Source of the DNA: the human T2T-CHM13v2.0 reference genome, Homo sapiens
Reading direction: 5' to 3'
Length of the DNA: 64,000 bases
NCBI GenBank assembly: GCA_009914755.4
Contig: CP068257.2
Span: 39,744,001 to 39,808,000, forward strand
Shown: one piece after another, positions 39,719-53,975 of the stretch
Layout: each line of letters opens with the position of its first letter
Numbering within the stretch: the stretch's first letter is position 1
The notes under the pieces: model-generated
The model's input: the letters and a program-made list of their open reading frames with translations, nothing else
The model's database searches: none
What the model was told of the DNA's origin: nothing
Made by a program: the position numbers and the translations under genes

Positions 39719-40278
39719 CTTTTCAACATACACAAACAAGAAATGCAGTGGCAATTTGACACTCAAGCAACATAAACAAAAAAGAGCACTTGGAATTCAA
39801 AGTTTTCAATCCAGTGCAAGCAGGAAGGAGTGGGGACAGAGGAGGGGGAGAGGAAAGTGGGAAGGAGGAGATCAGAGGAGGTGCCCACAAGAGGGAGCAG
39901 AGTGAGTCTGTTCAGGAGACACTAGAGAGGGACTCCCCTCAGTAGGGAACAAGGCATTCTTGGAAACATGGTGCATGGAGCCAGTCCATTCTAACCATGC
40001 ATGCTGCCTTAGTGCTGGGCACCCAGTAGGCATCCAAGAAATATTTGTTAAGTCAACTATCCAGGACACTGAATGAACTGAGTGAGAGGGTGAGATAGCG
40101 AGCCAATAGAAATGCAAAGAAGAGGGGCAATGAGGGAATGAGGATGGAATGAGGCACTGGAGGATCAAGACTGCAGAAGACCTTGTTGGCCAAAAAAGGA
40201 GCCCATAGTCCAGTAGGAGTCAAACCTGTTTGAGGGGATCACTGACCTTTCCATTTCCCTTCTTTAACCATCTCACAG

Positions 40279-40477
40279 GTATCCTGACCAAACCAGATCT
40301 AATGGACAGGGGCACTGAGAAAAGCGTCATGAATGTGGTGCGGAACCTCACGTACCCCCTCAAGAAGGGCTACATGATTGTGAAGTGCCGGGGCCAGCAG
40401 GAGATCACAAACAGGCTGAGCTTGGCAGAGGCAACCAAGAAAGAAATTACATTCTTTCAAACACATCCATATTTCAG
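40279..40477 (+). CDS. MX2: MX2 coding exon (G)[65 protein letters not shown](R) (G4 TKPD)
   Basis: Acceptor tctcacag|gt at 40277-40278 and donor ttcag|gtgaga at 40478. The ORF track entry 40230..40481 reads this exon in frame. Confidence 0.95.
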
Positions 40478-42306
40478 GTGAGACTCTTCAGGAAAGCCCT
40501 GGAATTAGACTCCATGAAAGCCAGCCCATCTGCAAGAGTTGGCCCAGATCATGACCAAAGTGTATGCACAAATTACACAAGGTAGTATAACCTAGCCTCA
40601 CCTGATTTTTGTGCTAGATTTCTTGGCTTATTTAGACAAATTATTGTTTCTTAGATTCTAATGATGGTGCTGATTAAAAACTGGAATGTGTCATGACATA
40701 AAGCGTAGAACTCTTTGGTTTCCCAAAATGTTTTCACTTCCTTTCTGATTTGAGTCCTTATATTAAGAGATACATAAGGCAGGTGAAGTTTCTCCCATTT
40801 CCATGGATAAGAATAATGAGGTCAAACAAATAGTGAATGGGAACAGGACTGAACACAGAGCACCTAACTTCCAGAAACCCGTGTGTACCACCGTAAACGG
40901 CACACAGGAAAACCTGCTCGATGGAACTCTCCGTGTTTTTAGAGCCTCCAGTGCCCACAGTCATTTGCCAGAATATCACTTGTTTTTATTAAATAGAAAC
41001 TTAATAATAACTGGCTTTATTAAATAGAAATTATCCTATAGAGACTCTGTAGTTTGTAGGATGCTGGGATTGTTCCCATTGAATGGAGCACTTTTCCCCT
41101 TCATTCTGGAACTTGTTGTTCCTGAATGATCCAGGAGCACAGAGGTCACTCCTGCTTGAAGGAGAGCTAATGGGAAAACAGTGAATTTGGGCCGAGTAGG
41201 TCTACGGCTTGCTGACTATGTGATCTTACAATATGGGCCACCTTCTCGGAATTTTGCCTTTCCCATCTTCTCCAGGGGATCCTACTACTGCCTCACAAGA
41301 TTGTGGTTAGGATTACGTAACACGACATACACAAAGGTCTTGAGCGCCAACAGCCAGCACTCAGTAAACACCACCCGGTTCCTTCTTTCTTCCTCTCTGC
41401 TCCTGCTCTGAGTGGATGAAACATACTGTTTCCAATAGCACTGGAGGACATGAGGAGAAGAAAACTCTCCTCCTTGAGCTGGGAGAAGATTTCAAAATAA
41501 TCAGGCCCATGGTTCTCCATGCTGAGTGAGCAGCAGACTCTCTGGAGAGTTCCTTAAAATTGTGCTAGCTCTGTCCTGCTCTGCCCTGAGGCCGGGGGAG
41601 GTGCCCAAGACTTCCTGCTTCTAACAGGTTCCTCCTGGTTGAGGCTAATGTTGCCAGTCCAGGGACCTCCCTTTGCAAACCGCTTCTCAAGGTCTTTGGG
41701 AAATCTGAAATCCTTGCATGCCTGCTTGCTGGGAGCCGGCCCTTGCAGTAAGAGGCACTGGCAGTGCTGGGGAATAATCCTGTGTGCTTCATCCTAAATT
41801 CCTGCTATTGGCAAACATGCTGCAGCCACTCTGCCTGCTGTGTGGCTGCAGCAAGCAAATGCAGCAAGCTGCTTAACCTTTCTGTGTCTCAGCCTTTCTT
41901 GCTCTAAAGTGGGTTGTTAAATGACTAAATGTGTTAATATTTATAAAGCCCTTAGATTGGTGCCTGGCACTTAGTAAGCACCATATATACTTTTGTGATG
42001 AGAAATAAAATACTAATCTGGGCAACTCACTTAATCTCCATGAGGCTGGGTTTGTTTTCCTGTAGCTAAGATGACCTACCTCATGAGTTTGTGGGGATGA
42101 TAGAAAGGGAGGAGGGAAGGAAGCTTCCTGGCCCACAGTTGCCTGGGTGCAGGCTGGTGGCAAGTGTCTTTCTTATGCACCACTTGGCTTTTCTGATGGC
42201 ACGTGTTGCCCCGGGGAGCTGGGCTCACCTACCACGCACAAAGTCCGGTACTAGCAAGATGGTACACAAGTCCTTCCTGAATGCATGAATGTCTGTCTCA
42301 TTTCAG

Positions 42307-42385
42307 AGTTCTCCTGGAGGAGGGGTCAGCCACGGTTCCCCGACTGGCAGAAAGACTTACCACTGAACTCATCATGCATATCCAA
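42307..42385 (+). CDS. MX2: MX2 coding exon (R)[26 protein letters not shown]
   Basis: Acceptor ctcatttcag|agtt at 42305-42306 and donor caa|gtgagc at 42386. Confidence 0.93.
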
Positions 42386-42579
42386 GTGAGCCACGTGGGT
42401 TGGGTGACAAGTCATCAATACAGCATGCCCAAGTCACTCTCTTGGTCTGGAGTTGGCTAAGATGCCCCACTGATCTGTCCAAACAAGCAAACAAGTACCC
42501 TCTGAACACTGTCTCACTCACTGTCACAGGCTCACTGGAAGAACTTCCAAATTGGGGAAGCAACAAGTACATAGTATTA

Positions 42580-43034
<455 letters not shown>

Positions 43035-43590
43035 CTAAGAAATAATTGGTTTGTAAGAAATAAGTCCATTTTTATGGATTCTCAAAAGCAGACAACTACA
43101 GACAAGGGCCTCATGACATCATCGATTATAGAAAAACTTTGGTTTGGCGGTTATTGAGAAATCGAATATTTTTAGTGCTTGCCTAAACCTTCACAAATGA
43201 GGCCAAGCAACATGGGAAGATTTAAATGTACCCTTAGAGCAAAGATGATTCCAGATCCTAGGACTTGGCCCATGCTAAATTGTATATCAGACAAAAGCAA
43301 TGACTTACTTGAGCCAGGAAGCACATACTCAAAGAAAATTTGGTTTGAAGGAGCCAGTGGTTCTCCAACTTTAAGGCACACAAGAATTACCTGGAAAGTT
43401 TGTTACAATTAGATTCCACCAGTCAAGGTGGCCTACACATGTAATCCCAGCACTTTGGGAGGCTGGGGCAGGTGGGTCAAAAATTCCAGATCTTCCTGGA
43501 TGCTTTAAAGGGCTCCTACTCATATACCAAAGAAATCAGTTGGCCAATCTCTTAAGCCGCAGTTTGATTGTTTGCAATTGTTTTGTTTAG

Positions 43591-43713
43591 AAATCGCTCC
43601 CGTTGTTAGAAGGACAAATAAGGGAGAGCCACCAGAAGGCGACCGAGGAGCTGCGGCGTTGCGGGGCTGACATCCCCAGCCAGGAGGCCGACAAGATGTT
43701 CTTTCTAATTGAG
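43591..43713 (+). CDS. MX2: MX2 coding exon [41 protein letters not shown]
   Basis: Acceptor ttgtttag|aaa at 43589-43590 and donor gag|gtgagg at 43714. The ORF track entry 43603.. reads [11 protein letters not shown].... Confidence 0.95.
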
Positions 43714-43889
43714 GTGAGGATTTCCGCAGGACTCCACGTGACACTGCATCCTTCCCTGGTGGCCCTGCAGCTGCCCTTCCCCTTCTTCACCCATGAGATG
43801 AGGTGGGCGGGTGGACATCTCCTTGCAACGCCGGTCCCAGTTCTTTCATATGATTTCCGCAAAGACTATTGACTTTATATCATTTTCAG

Positions 43890-44031
43890 AAAATCAAGAT
43901 GTTTAATCAGGACATCGAAAAGTTAGTAGAAGGAGAAGAAGTTGTAAGGGAGAATGAGACCCGTTTATACAACAAAATCAGAGAGGATTTTAAAAACTGG
44001 GTAGGCATACTTGCAACTAATACCCAAAAAG
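43890..44031 (+). CDS. MX2: MX2 coding exon KIKMFNQDIEKLVEGEEVVRENETRLYNKIREDFKNWVGILATNTQK(V)
   Basis: Acceptor cattttcag|aaa at 43888-43889 and donor aaag|gtaagt at 44032. The ORF track entry 43869.. reads this in frame. Confidence 0.95.
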
Positions 44032-44260
44032 GTAAGTTCTGGGCAGGGCTCCCTGCAAAACAGGGTGGTATTTACCCAGACCAGAGGCTATGTCCAGCAC
44101 ATGATAAGTGTGCCAAGAGTGGAACACGCCCATCCAAGACCGTGGAACCCTTGGTAATCAGCAACTGTCTCTCAACGAACAAAACCCAGAAATATGGGGC
44201 GTCGACCTCAGCCACTCAACACAGGGCAATTCCACTGCCTCTGATGTCCTCGTGTCTTGA

Positions 44261-44561
<301 letters not shown>

Positions 44562-45236
44562 TTGCTTCTTGGTTTTGAGGCTAAATGGCATTCCATGCCC
44601 ACCTGAGGAATTCGCAGAGCAGCCCAGGGTACCTCAGGGCTGCTATCCTGAGTGCCTGGAGGGAAGCCTGTGCCCAAAGCAGGGGTCCAGATGACTCTGG
44701 GGGCCAGCCCCACATGAAGGCTCTCCAGCCACTGTTGAATTGAGTGCACAGCTGCCAGCTGGCCATGGTGCCTGTTGTGGACACACCAGGCACGGAGCCT
44801 TCATTAGTAGCAGCTAAACATCAGCTTGGTAGAAAAAGTGACCTGGGATACTTATTTATTTTGGTGGCATTGAGACAGAGCTCAGCATGGGTGCCAGGGG
44901 ACCAGGGGAGGGGGGAATCCACATGAAATCGTTTACCATCTCCCCCTCTGGAAGGTCTGGGGTGTGATGATCTGGTTTTAGCAATAAGTAAAGACTAGAT
45001 GAAGTAGCAGTTTTTTAACTGCTAAAATGTGCCCAGATCACCCAAACAATTCCACTCATCCCAATCCCCCTTCTCTTTGCCCCTAATTCAAGATCAGAGA
45101 GATTCTTGGTTTGACAAGAGCCTGCTGGCTTCACCTGGCAAAGTTCTGATTCCCATGTGCTCCAGCCCAGGTTCCAGTAGGGCATGTGTGTGTGTATGTG
45201 TGTGTCCATTTTCACACAGCTATAAAAAACTACCTG

Positions 45237-45950
<714 letters not shown>

Positions 45951-46104
45951 TTGTGTGTGTGCTGTTGTGTTTTTGTTCTGGCACTTGGAGAAAACAGCAC
46001 TGTTTACCTCCGTGGAAAGATCCCTCCAACGGTAAACTGTGGCTGTATGCTTGGGAGGTAAGGGGTACAAGATTAAGTTTCCATATTCATTTAACTGATC
46101 AGAT

Positions 46105-46362
<258 letters not shown>

Positions 46363-46659
46363 TTTCTAATCAGGTTTTTTTTTTTTTTCCTACCAGTTAG
46401 AAACAATAGCTTCTCTCTTGGGGTGATGACTTTCAATTGAAACACATTTTCATAGAATAAGATTTTTTTCCCCCAAAAGTCAGTATTTCTTAAACTCCTG
46501 TTATTAGACCATGAATATTTTTCTCATTGTGAACAAAACTCCACTTTGCAACATTGCCTCTGCGTACAGTGGGGAGCAAGACTTTATAAAACTGTTGCTA
46601 GCTTTACGACGTCTGCAGAATTAGCAGAATTCACCATGGAGGTCTGTTTGATGTTGCAG

Positions 46660-46818
46660 TTAAAAATATTATCCACGAAGAAGTTGAAAAATATGAAAAG
46701 CAGTATCGAGGCAAGGAGCTTCTGGGATTTGTCAACTACAAGACATTTGAGATCATCGTGCATCAGTACATCCAGCAGCTGGTGGAGCCCGCCCTTAGCA
46801 TGCTCCAGAAAGCCATGG
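46660..46818 (+). CDS. MX2: MX2 coding exon (V)KNIIHEEVEKYEKQYRGKELLGFVNYKTFEIIVHQYIQQLVEPALSMLQKAM(E)
   Basis: Acceptor gttgcag|tt at 46658-46659 and donor atgg|gtgagg at 46819. The ORF track entry 46758.. reads HQYIQQLVEPALSMLQKAM. Confidence 0.95.
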
Positions 46819-47957
46819 GTGAGGACTTTCAAGCAGGACTCCCAAACCATCACTCTCATACCTTCCATAGACCCCAGTGCCTTGGAGGGAGAGATTGGAA
46901 TGGAGTTACCAAACCAGCCTGCAGACACGCTCACTGGTGTGCTAGATTGCTACTCTGTGTGGTCTGTGAGCCAGCAGCACTGGCAAGGCCTGAGAGCTGG
47001 TCAGAGCTACCGATTCTGCCCTTCTGCCTGAGAACTCGTACTGAGGTTTCCAGGAGATGGGGAAGCACACTGAGTGCCATAGGCGTTCCATCGCTGTCCT
47101 TCAAACACGTGGAGGAGGCGGGGAAGATGGTTTCTCTTGTCTTTGGGGGGCAGGCAGAGGGTGCACATGCACTTCATCTGTATCACACGCAGCCACCAAC
47201 ACAGCCGCGTAAGGCAGCGGTCCCCAGTCTTTATGGCACCAGAGACTGCTTTCATGGAAGACAATTTTTCCACAGACCAGTGAGGGGTAAGAAGGATGGC
47301 TCCGGGATGAGTCAACTGCATTGCATTTATTGTGCCCTTTATTTCTATTATTATTACATTGTAATATATAATGAAGTAATTACACAGCTCACCAAAATGT
47401 AGAATCCTCATTATGGTGGGAGCCCTCAGCTTGTCTTCCTGCAACTAGACTGTCCCATCTAGCGGTGATGGGAGACAGTGACAGATCGTCAGGCATTAGA
47501 TTCTCATAAGGAACACGCAACCTAGATCCCTCGCACGTGCAGCTCACAACAGGGTTTGTGCTCCTGTGAGAATCTAGTGCCACCGCAGATCTGAAAAGAG
47601 GTGGGGCTCAGGCAGCAGTGCTCACTAGCTCACTGCACACCTCCTGCCGGACACGGACTGGAACTGGTCCAGCCTGGGAGTTGGGGACCCCTGATGTAAG
47701 GAATAGTCAGAGGCTAACATGCACACAGGCACGGGAAATGGACAGGACCTGCCCAGGCTGCATGAGGGCTGGATTGTGTGGCCCTGGAATGATGTCCCAC
47801 CCTCTCCTATCGCGGTTTGCAGGTCTAGGGAACTCAGTCTCCTGGAATGGGTCAGTGTATCATCAGTCATCCTCCCTGTGTCTTTAACCAGTTTTATTTC
47901 TGCTTGCATTTTACTGATGTTTTCTTCTTCTTCTCCTTTTTGTTTTTTTTTGGTCAG

Positions 47958-48034
47958 AAATTATCCAGCAAGCTTTCATTAACGTGGCCAAAAAACATTT
48001 TGGCGAATTTTTCAACCTTAACCAAACTGTTCAG
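47958..48034 (+). CDS. MX2: MX2 coding exon (E)IIQQAFINVAKKHFGEFFNLNQTVQ
   Basis: Acceptor tggtcag|aa at 47956-47957 and donor cag|gtaagc at 48035. The ORF track entry 47984.. reads AKKHFGEFFNLNQTVQ. Confidence 0.95.
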
Positions 48035-49716
48035 GTAAGCACCCAGAGTTCACTTGCTAGTCACCTGGACCACTGGCTGTTTAACCTTGAGAGAAGTTGG
48101 ATATTCACTGTCATTTGGAACCATGAGGCCAGGGATGTAATGGCAGGCTGGCGAGGCTGGCAGGGCTGGCGGGGCTGGTGGAGCTGGTGACTCCAGGAGC
48201 ACCTGCCTGCCTGGCTTCTGCTCAGGAGGCGGCTTCACTCCCCAGGAGAAATGAAATGCGGCCCGTGCCCTGCCATCTGTTCTGCACGACCTTACGCAGG
48301 ATGTGGGGCTCCACCGAGGACTGGCTGGTAGGCTGAATCTTTTTCAAGCATAAAGCACAGCATTGTTTACTAGTCCTACTCCCAAATTTGTATGTTTGAC
48401 TCAAAGATGTTGCCGTAGCTCTGTGGGTTTCTACTTAGCAACTCTTCCCCCGAGTTACCTTCAGCAAAGGCAAGAGAGGGCATGTGGCACTTGGGCTGTA
48501 GATAAAATTCCTCTTCTGCCCAGGCCTGGGCTGGTGGATTGAAATCTCATTCCATAGTGCAGGCAAGCAAGAAGGACAATTTTCGTCATTTTTCCGTCAT
48601 ATAAATTAATTTCTTCTTTCACCCTTTTTGCCTGTTAGTGAAAATTAAATCCCAGTTCTGACTCCCGCCCACTTTCTCAGGGGCTGTGTCTGAGTCCCGG
48701 GTGCCTGCTCATGGGGTGGGTGACCTGCCTGGTCCCCAGTCACCAAGATGTCCATTGTCCTTCCCGGGCCTTGGTCCCCTTGGTCCCTGAGCTCCTGCCC
48801 AGCCCCGCCGGGACACAGGAAGCACTCGGCTGCAGGCCCAACTGCTCTGGGCCATGGGAACTCTGGCATCCACCAAGGGCCTTCACCTCTTTTGTGCTGC
48901 CCTTGGATAGACACAGCCTTGCAGCAGCTCCCGGCTCCTCACCAGGGACTGCGGGGCTCTCCAAGGCCATGACCTGCACACTGCCCTCAGCCACAACAGA
49001 GCCTGGGGGGCTCGCTGCCTCCTGTGTCACAAATCTTGAGGAGTGCGGCACAGGCCACTTCTGCTCCCAGAGGGTCTACTGTCCTTTGTTGTGTAGACCG
49101 AAAGTGACTGAGGCAGATCTGCCTCGATCCGAGATTTATTTTGCCCAGGTCGAGGATGTACGTGGGAAAAAGAAATACAAGTTCCAGTGCTATCTGTGAC
49201 CTGTGCTTTTCCTAAGAGGGTTTAGGGGAACTTCAGTATTTAAAAAGGAAAGAGCGAGCAGGTGGGGAAGAAAGAAGGAAGGAGGGTAGGCAATGAGGCA
49301 ATGAGGCAGAGGTCACCCTCGTGTAAGGCTCTGACCAGCACTCAGTGAATCTATGTGTTAAATGTGAAAAGAAAGGCGTGGAGAGAAAGTCAATCATGCA
49401 TTCATCTCGCGCTCAGTAAATCTACATTTTACATCGGATAAAGTGCACATGTGAAATCACAGCTTCTGTTTGGGAACAAAAGAAAGGCAGTTAACTTTCC
49501 CTTTAGTATAGTAAGTTTGGGGTCCCAAGAATCTATTTTTCTTTCACAGTTGTCACATATACTCAAAAAAAAAAAAAAAAAAGAAAAAGAAAAAAAAAAG
49601 AGAAAGAACAAACAAACCAGCACCTGTGAAACTTCACCTCTGAAACTCACTCTCTCACTCTCAAGCCACTGCTTCTGCCTTCAGTTTTAAAAAGTCTATT
49701 TGAAGCTCAAAAGCCT

Positions 49717-49975
49717 AGGCCAGGTGTGGTGGCTCACGCCTGTAATCCTAGCACTTTGGGAGGCCGAGGCGGGCAGATCCCTTAAGGTCAGGAGTTCGAG
49801 ACCAGCCTGGCCAACCCGGTGAAACCCTTGTCTCTACTAAAAATACAAAAATTAGCCAGAAATCACTTGAACCTGGGAGGCGGAGGTTGCAGTCAGTCGA
49901 GATTGTGCCACTGCACTGCAGCCTGGGTAACAAAGAGAGACTCCATCTCAAAAAGAAAAAAAAAAAAGAAAAAGA
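49717..49975 (+). mobile_element. Alu (internally deleted)
   Basis: Contains Alu left-arm and right-arm motifs and an A-rich tail. Confidence 0.85.
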
Positions 49976-50255
49976 AACTCAAAGCCAGGACATGACAGTC
50001 TTAGTTCAAGCTTCTATCACAAAGTCCCACAGACTGGATGTGTCTTATTAACAATAAAAATTTGTTTCTCATGGTTCTGGAGGCTGGGAGCCTGAGATCA
50101 GTGTGTCGGCATGGTCAGGTGGCAGTGAGGGCTCTCTTTCAGGTTGCGGATGGCCACCACCTTCTTGTGTATCCTCACACGGTGGAAAGAGCGCTCTCTG
50201 GGGTTGCTTTATAAGGGCCTCAGTCACATTCATGAGGCTCTACCCTCATGACTAA

Positions 50256-51085
<830 letters not shown>

Positions 51086-51435
51086 TAGCAGAAGTAGCAC
51101 CCCAGGAATGACTGACACCGTCCCAACAGCATGGACTAAGCCTGTTCCTGATGAAGGAGCAGAAAGCTGGTGGTGTAGGAGGGACTGGGGATGGCCAGAG
51201 AGGAAGAAAGGGCAGGAGAGAAGGTATGTCGCAAGTGGGGAGTGAGGAAACCGGGTTCATAAGGACAGAAAGGGCGAAGTGGGACTTTCTAAAAATCATC
51301 ATTTCAAGTCTCAGGACTTCTTTGACTATGGATTCGTTTTATTTCTGAGTTCAACATAATAGTACTTCCAAATTTGTTTAAGCCAACAGGAAAGAAGAAA
51401 AAGAAGTAATGTGTTTGTCTTTTTTATCTAACCAG

Positions 51436-51690
51436 AGCACGATTGAAGACATAAAAGTGAAACACACAGCAAAGGCAGAAAACATGATCCAACTTCAGTT
51501 CAGAATGGAGCAGATGGTTTTTTGTCAAGATCAGATTTACAGTGTTGTTCTGAAGAAAGTCCGAGAAGAGATTTTTAACCCTCTGGGGACGCCTTCACAG
51601 AATATGAAGTTGAACTCTCATTTTCCCAGTAATGAGTCTTCGGTTTCCTCCTTTACTGAAATAGGCATCCACCTGAATGCCTACTTCTTG
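51436..51690 (+). CDS. MX2: MX2 coding exon STIEDIKVKHTAKAENMIQLQFRMEQMVFCQDQIYSVVLKKVREEIFNPLGTPSQNMKLNSHFPSNESSVSSFTEIGIHLNAYFL
   Basis: Acceptor ctaaccag|agc at 51434-51435 and donor ttg|gtgagt at 51691. The ORF track entry 51409..51726 contains it. Confidence 0.95.
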
Positions 51691-52682
51691 GTGAGTTCCC
51701 GGCGGGGCAGGAGCCGTGCTCTCTGAAATTTGCAGAGCTGAGTAGGGGCTATGCTAACCTAGAGAGGCTTTGCTGAGGGAAGGAGGGAGGGACCACTACA
51801 ATGTATTAAGCCCTTCTGTACTATGATAAACTACTTATATATTTTCTCATTTATAATTTTACATGAACCCTATGAAGGCACTTTTAATTAATTTGCCCAC
51901 AATCAATTTTTAAAGTGGTAGAGCGTGTACTCAAAATTAATTCTGACCCCAAAATTCCTTATATTTCTTATGCGGTCCATGAATTACAAAATTACTATGA
52001 TCAGAATACAGCAAAATACAACAAACGTCAACGATTGTGACTATAAACTAGCTTTCCTTGGTGTTCAGAAGGCACTAACATGCCACACTTGCCAGCCCCA
52101 CAAGATAGGAATGAAATTTCCTTTCCCTAGATTTTGTGACCCAGTGAACTTTTTGGCCTCTGACTGTCTATCCAATATGCAAGTATCACTGTTCCCAGGA
52201 AGAAAAAATAGCTTTTAAACTGCAAAGACACCCACCTCCCGAAGCCCTTTCTCAATCAGAATAGAGTGGTTTCCCAGCCATGGGCACCTGGCTGCCAGGC
52301 ATACTGGCTATGCCTATGAAGAAGGAATGAGGGGAGGATTCGAAACGGCCCTGGTGCATACCCAGAAGGGAGCCAGGGGAGTCCTGGGCTGGGGGAGTTT
52401 CTCCAGCAGGGAGGAGCTGTGGGGATGCCCAGAGGTGATATGGGCTTGCTAGCCTACCAGGGGGCTTCTTAGTGCTAGAGGGGATGCCTGGAAGTAAAGA
52501 GGGGTCAGCGCAAATAGAACCTTCACGGGGCTTGATGCTGACCACCGGAGTGGAGGTGGGCGAGACCACCAGGGCTTCGCCAGGCAACCATGTGCGCATC
52601 CAGGAACTCCATGCCTTCTCTCTGCAACCACAGGCCTTGGGCTGAGACCACTCCAGCAAACCCTTCTTTCTCCCTCTTCCAG

Positions 52683-52925
52683 GAAACCAGCAAACGTCTC
52701 GCCAACCAGATCCCATTTATAATTCAGTATTTTATGCTCCGAGAGAATGGTGACTCCTTGCAGAAAGCCATGATGCAGATACTACAGGAAAAAAATCGCT
52801 ATTCCTGGCTGCTTCAAGAGCAGAGTGAGACCGCTACCAAGAGAAGAATCCTTAAGGAGAGAATTTACCGGCTCACTCAGGCGCGACACGCACTCTGTCA
52901 ATTCTCCAGCAAAGAGATCCACTGA
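52683..52925 (+). CDS. MX2: MX2 last coding exon [80 protein letters not shown]
   Basis: Acceptor cttccag|gaa at 52681-52682, with TGA at 52923-52925. The ORF track entry 52590..52925 contains it. The summed CDS across all 13 coding exons is 2148 nt. Confidence 0.95.
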   Translation, partial: ETSKRLANQIPFIIQYFMLRENGDSLQKAMMQILQEKNRYSWLLQEQSETATKRRILKERIYRLTQARHALCQFSSKEIH

Positions 52926-53331
52926 AGGGCGGCGATGCCTGTGGTTGTTTTCTTGTGCGTACTCATTCATTCTAAGGGGAGTCGGTGCAGGATGCCGCTT
53001 CTGCTTTGGGGCCAAACTCTTCTGTCACTATCAGTGTCCATCTCTACTGTACTCCCTCAGCATCAGAGCATGCATCAGGGGTCCACACAGGCTCAGCTCT
53101 CTCCACCACCCAGCTCTTCCCTGACCTTCACGAAGGGATGGCTCTCCAGTCCTTGGGTCCCGTAGCACACAGTTACAGTGTCCTAAGATACTGCTATCAT
53201 TCTTCGCTAATTTGTATTTGTATTCCCTTCCCCCTACAAGATTATGAGACCCCAGAGGGGGAAGGTCTGGGTCAAATTCTTCTTTTGTATGTCCAGTCTC
53301 CTGCACAGCACCTGCAGCATTGTAACTGCTT

Positions 53332-53337
53332 AATAAA
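53332..53337 (+). terminator. MX2: Candidate proximal poly(A) signal AATAAA
   Basis: taataaatga lies about 410 nt after the stop codon. Confidence 0.45.
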
Positions 53338-53605
53338 TGACATCTCACTGAACGAATGAGTGCTGTGTAAGTGATGGAGATACCTGAGGCTATTGCTCAA
53401 GCCCAGGCCTTGGACATTTAGTGACTGTTAGCCGGTCCCTTTCAGATCCAGTGGCCATGCCCCCTGCTTCCCATGGTTCACTGTCATTGTGTTTCCCAGC
53501 CTCTCCACTCCCCCGCCAGAAAGGAGCCTGAGTGATTCTCTTTTCTTCTTGTTTCCCTGATTATGATGAGCTTCCATTGTTCTGTTAAGTCTTGAAGAGG
53601 AATTT

Positions 53606-53611
53606 AATAAA
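53606..53611 (+). terminator. MX2: Candidate distal poly(A) signal AATAAA
   Basis: gaatttaataaagcaaag lies about 25 nt before the Alu boundary at 53633. Confidence 0.45.
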
Positions 53612-53632
53612 GCAAAGAAACTTTTTAAAAAC

Positions 53633-53925
53633 GTAGCCAGGTTCAGTGACTCATACCTGTAATCCCAGTGACTCTGGAGACTGAAGCAGAAGGATCACTT
53701 GAGCCCAGGAGTTCAAGACCAGACTGGGCAACACAGGGAGACCCTGTCTCTAAAAAAATTTGTTTGTAAGTAGCCAGACATGGTGGTGCACACCTGTAGT
53801 CCCAGCCACTCAGGTGGCTGGAGCAGGAGGATCCCTTGAGCCCAGGATTTTGAGGCTGCAGTGAGCCATGACTGCACCATGTACTACAGCCTGGGTGACA
53901 GAGTGAGAGTGAGACTCTGTCTCTG
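53633..53925 (+). mobile_element. Alu (older, AluJ/S-like)
   Basis: Has diverged Alu arms. Confidence 0.85.
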
Positions 53926-53975
53926 AATACACACACACACACACACACATACACAGAGAGAGAGAGAGAGAACTT
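53926..53975. repeat. (CA)n-(GA)n compound microsatellite
   Basis: acacacacacacacacatacacagagagagagagagag. Confidence 0.9.

Larger units (their letters stand above)
52926..53630 (+). other. MX2: MX2 3'UTR; the extent depends on which poly(A) site is used
   Basis: It is contiguous with the stop codon. AATAAA signals occur at 53332 and 53606. Confidence 0.6.
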
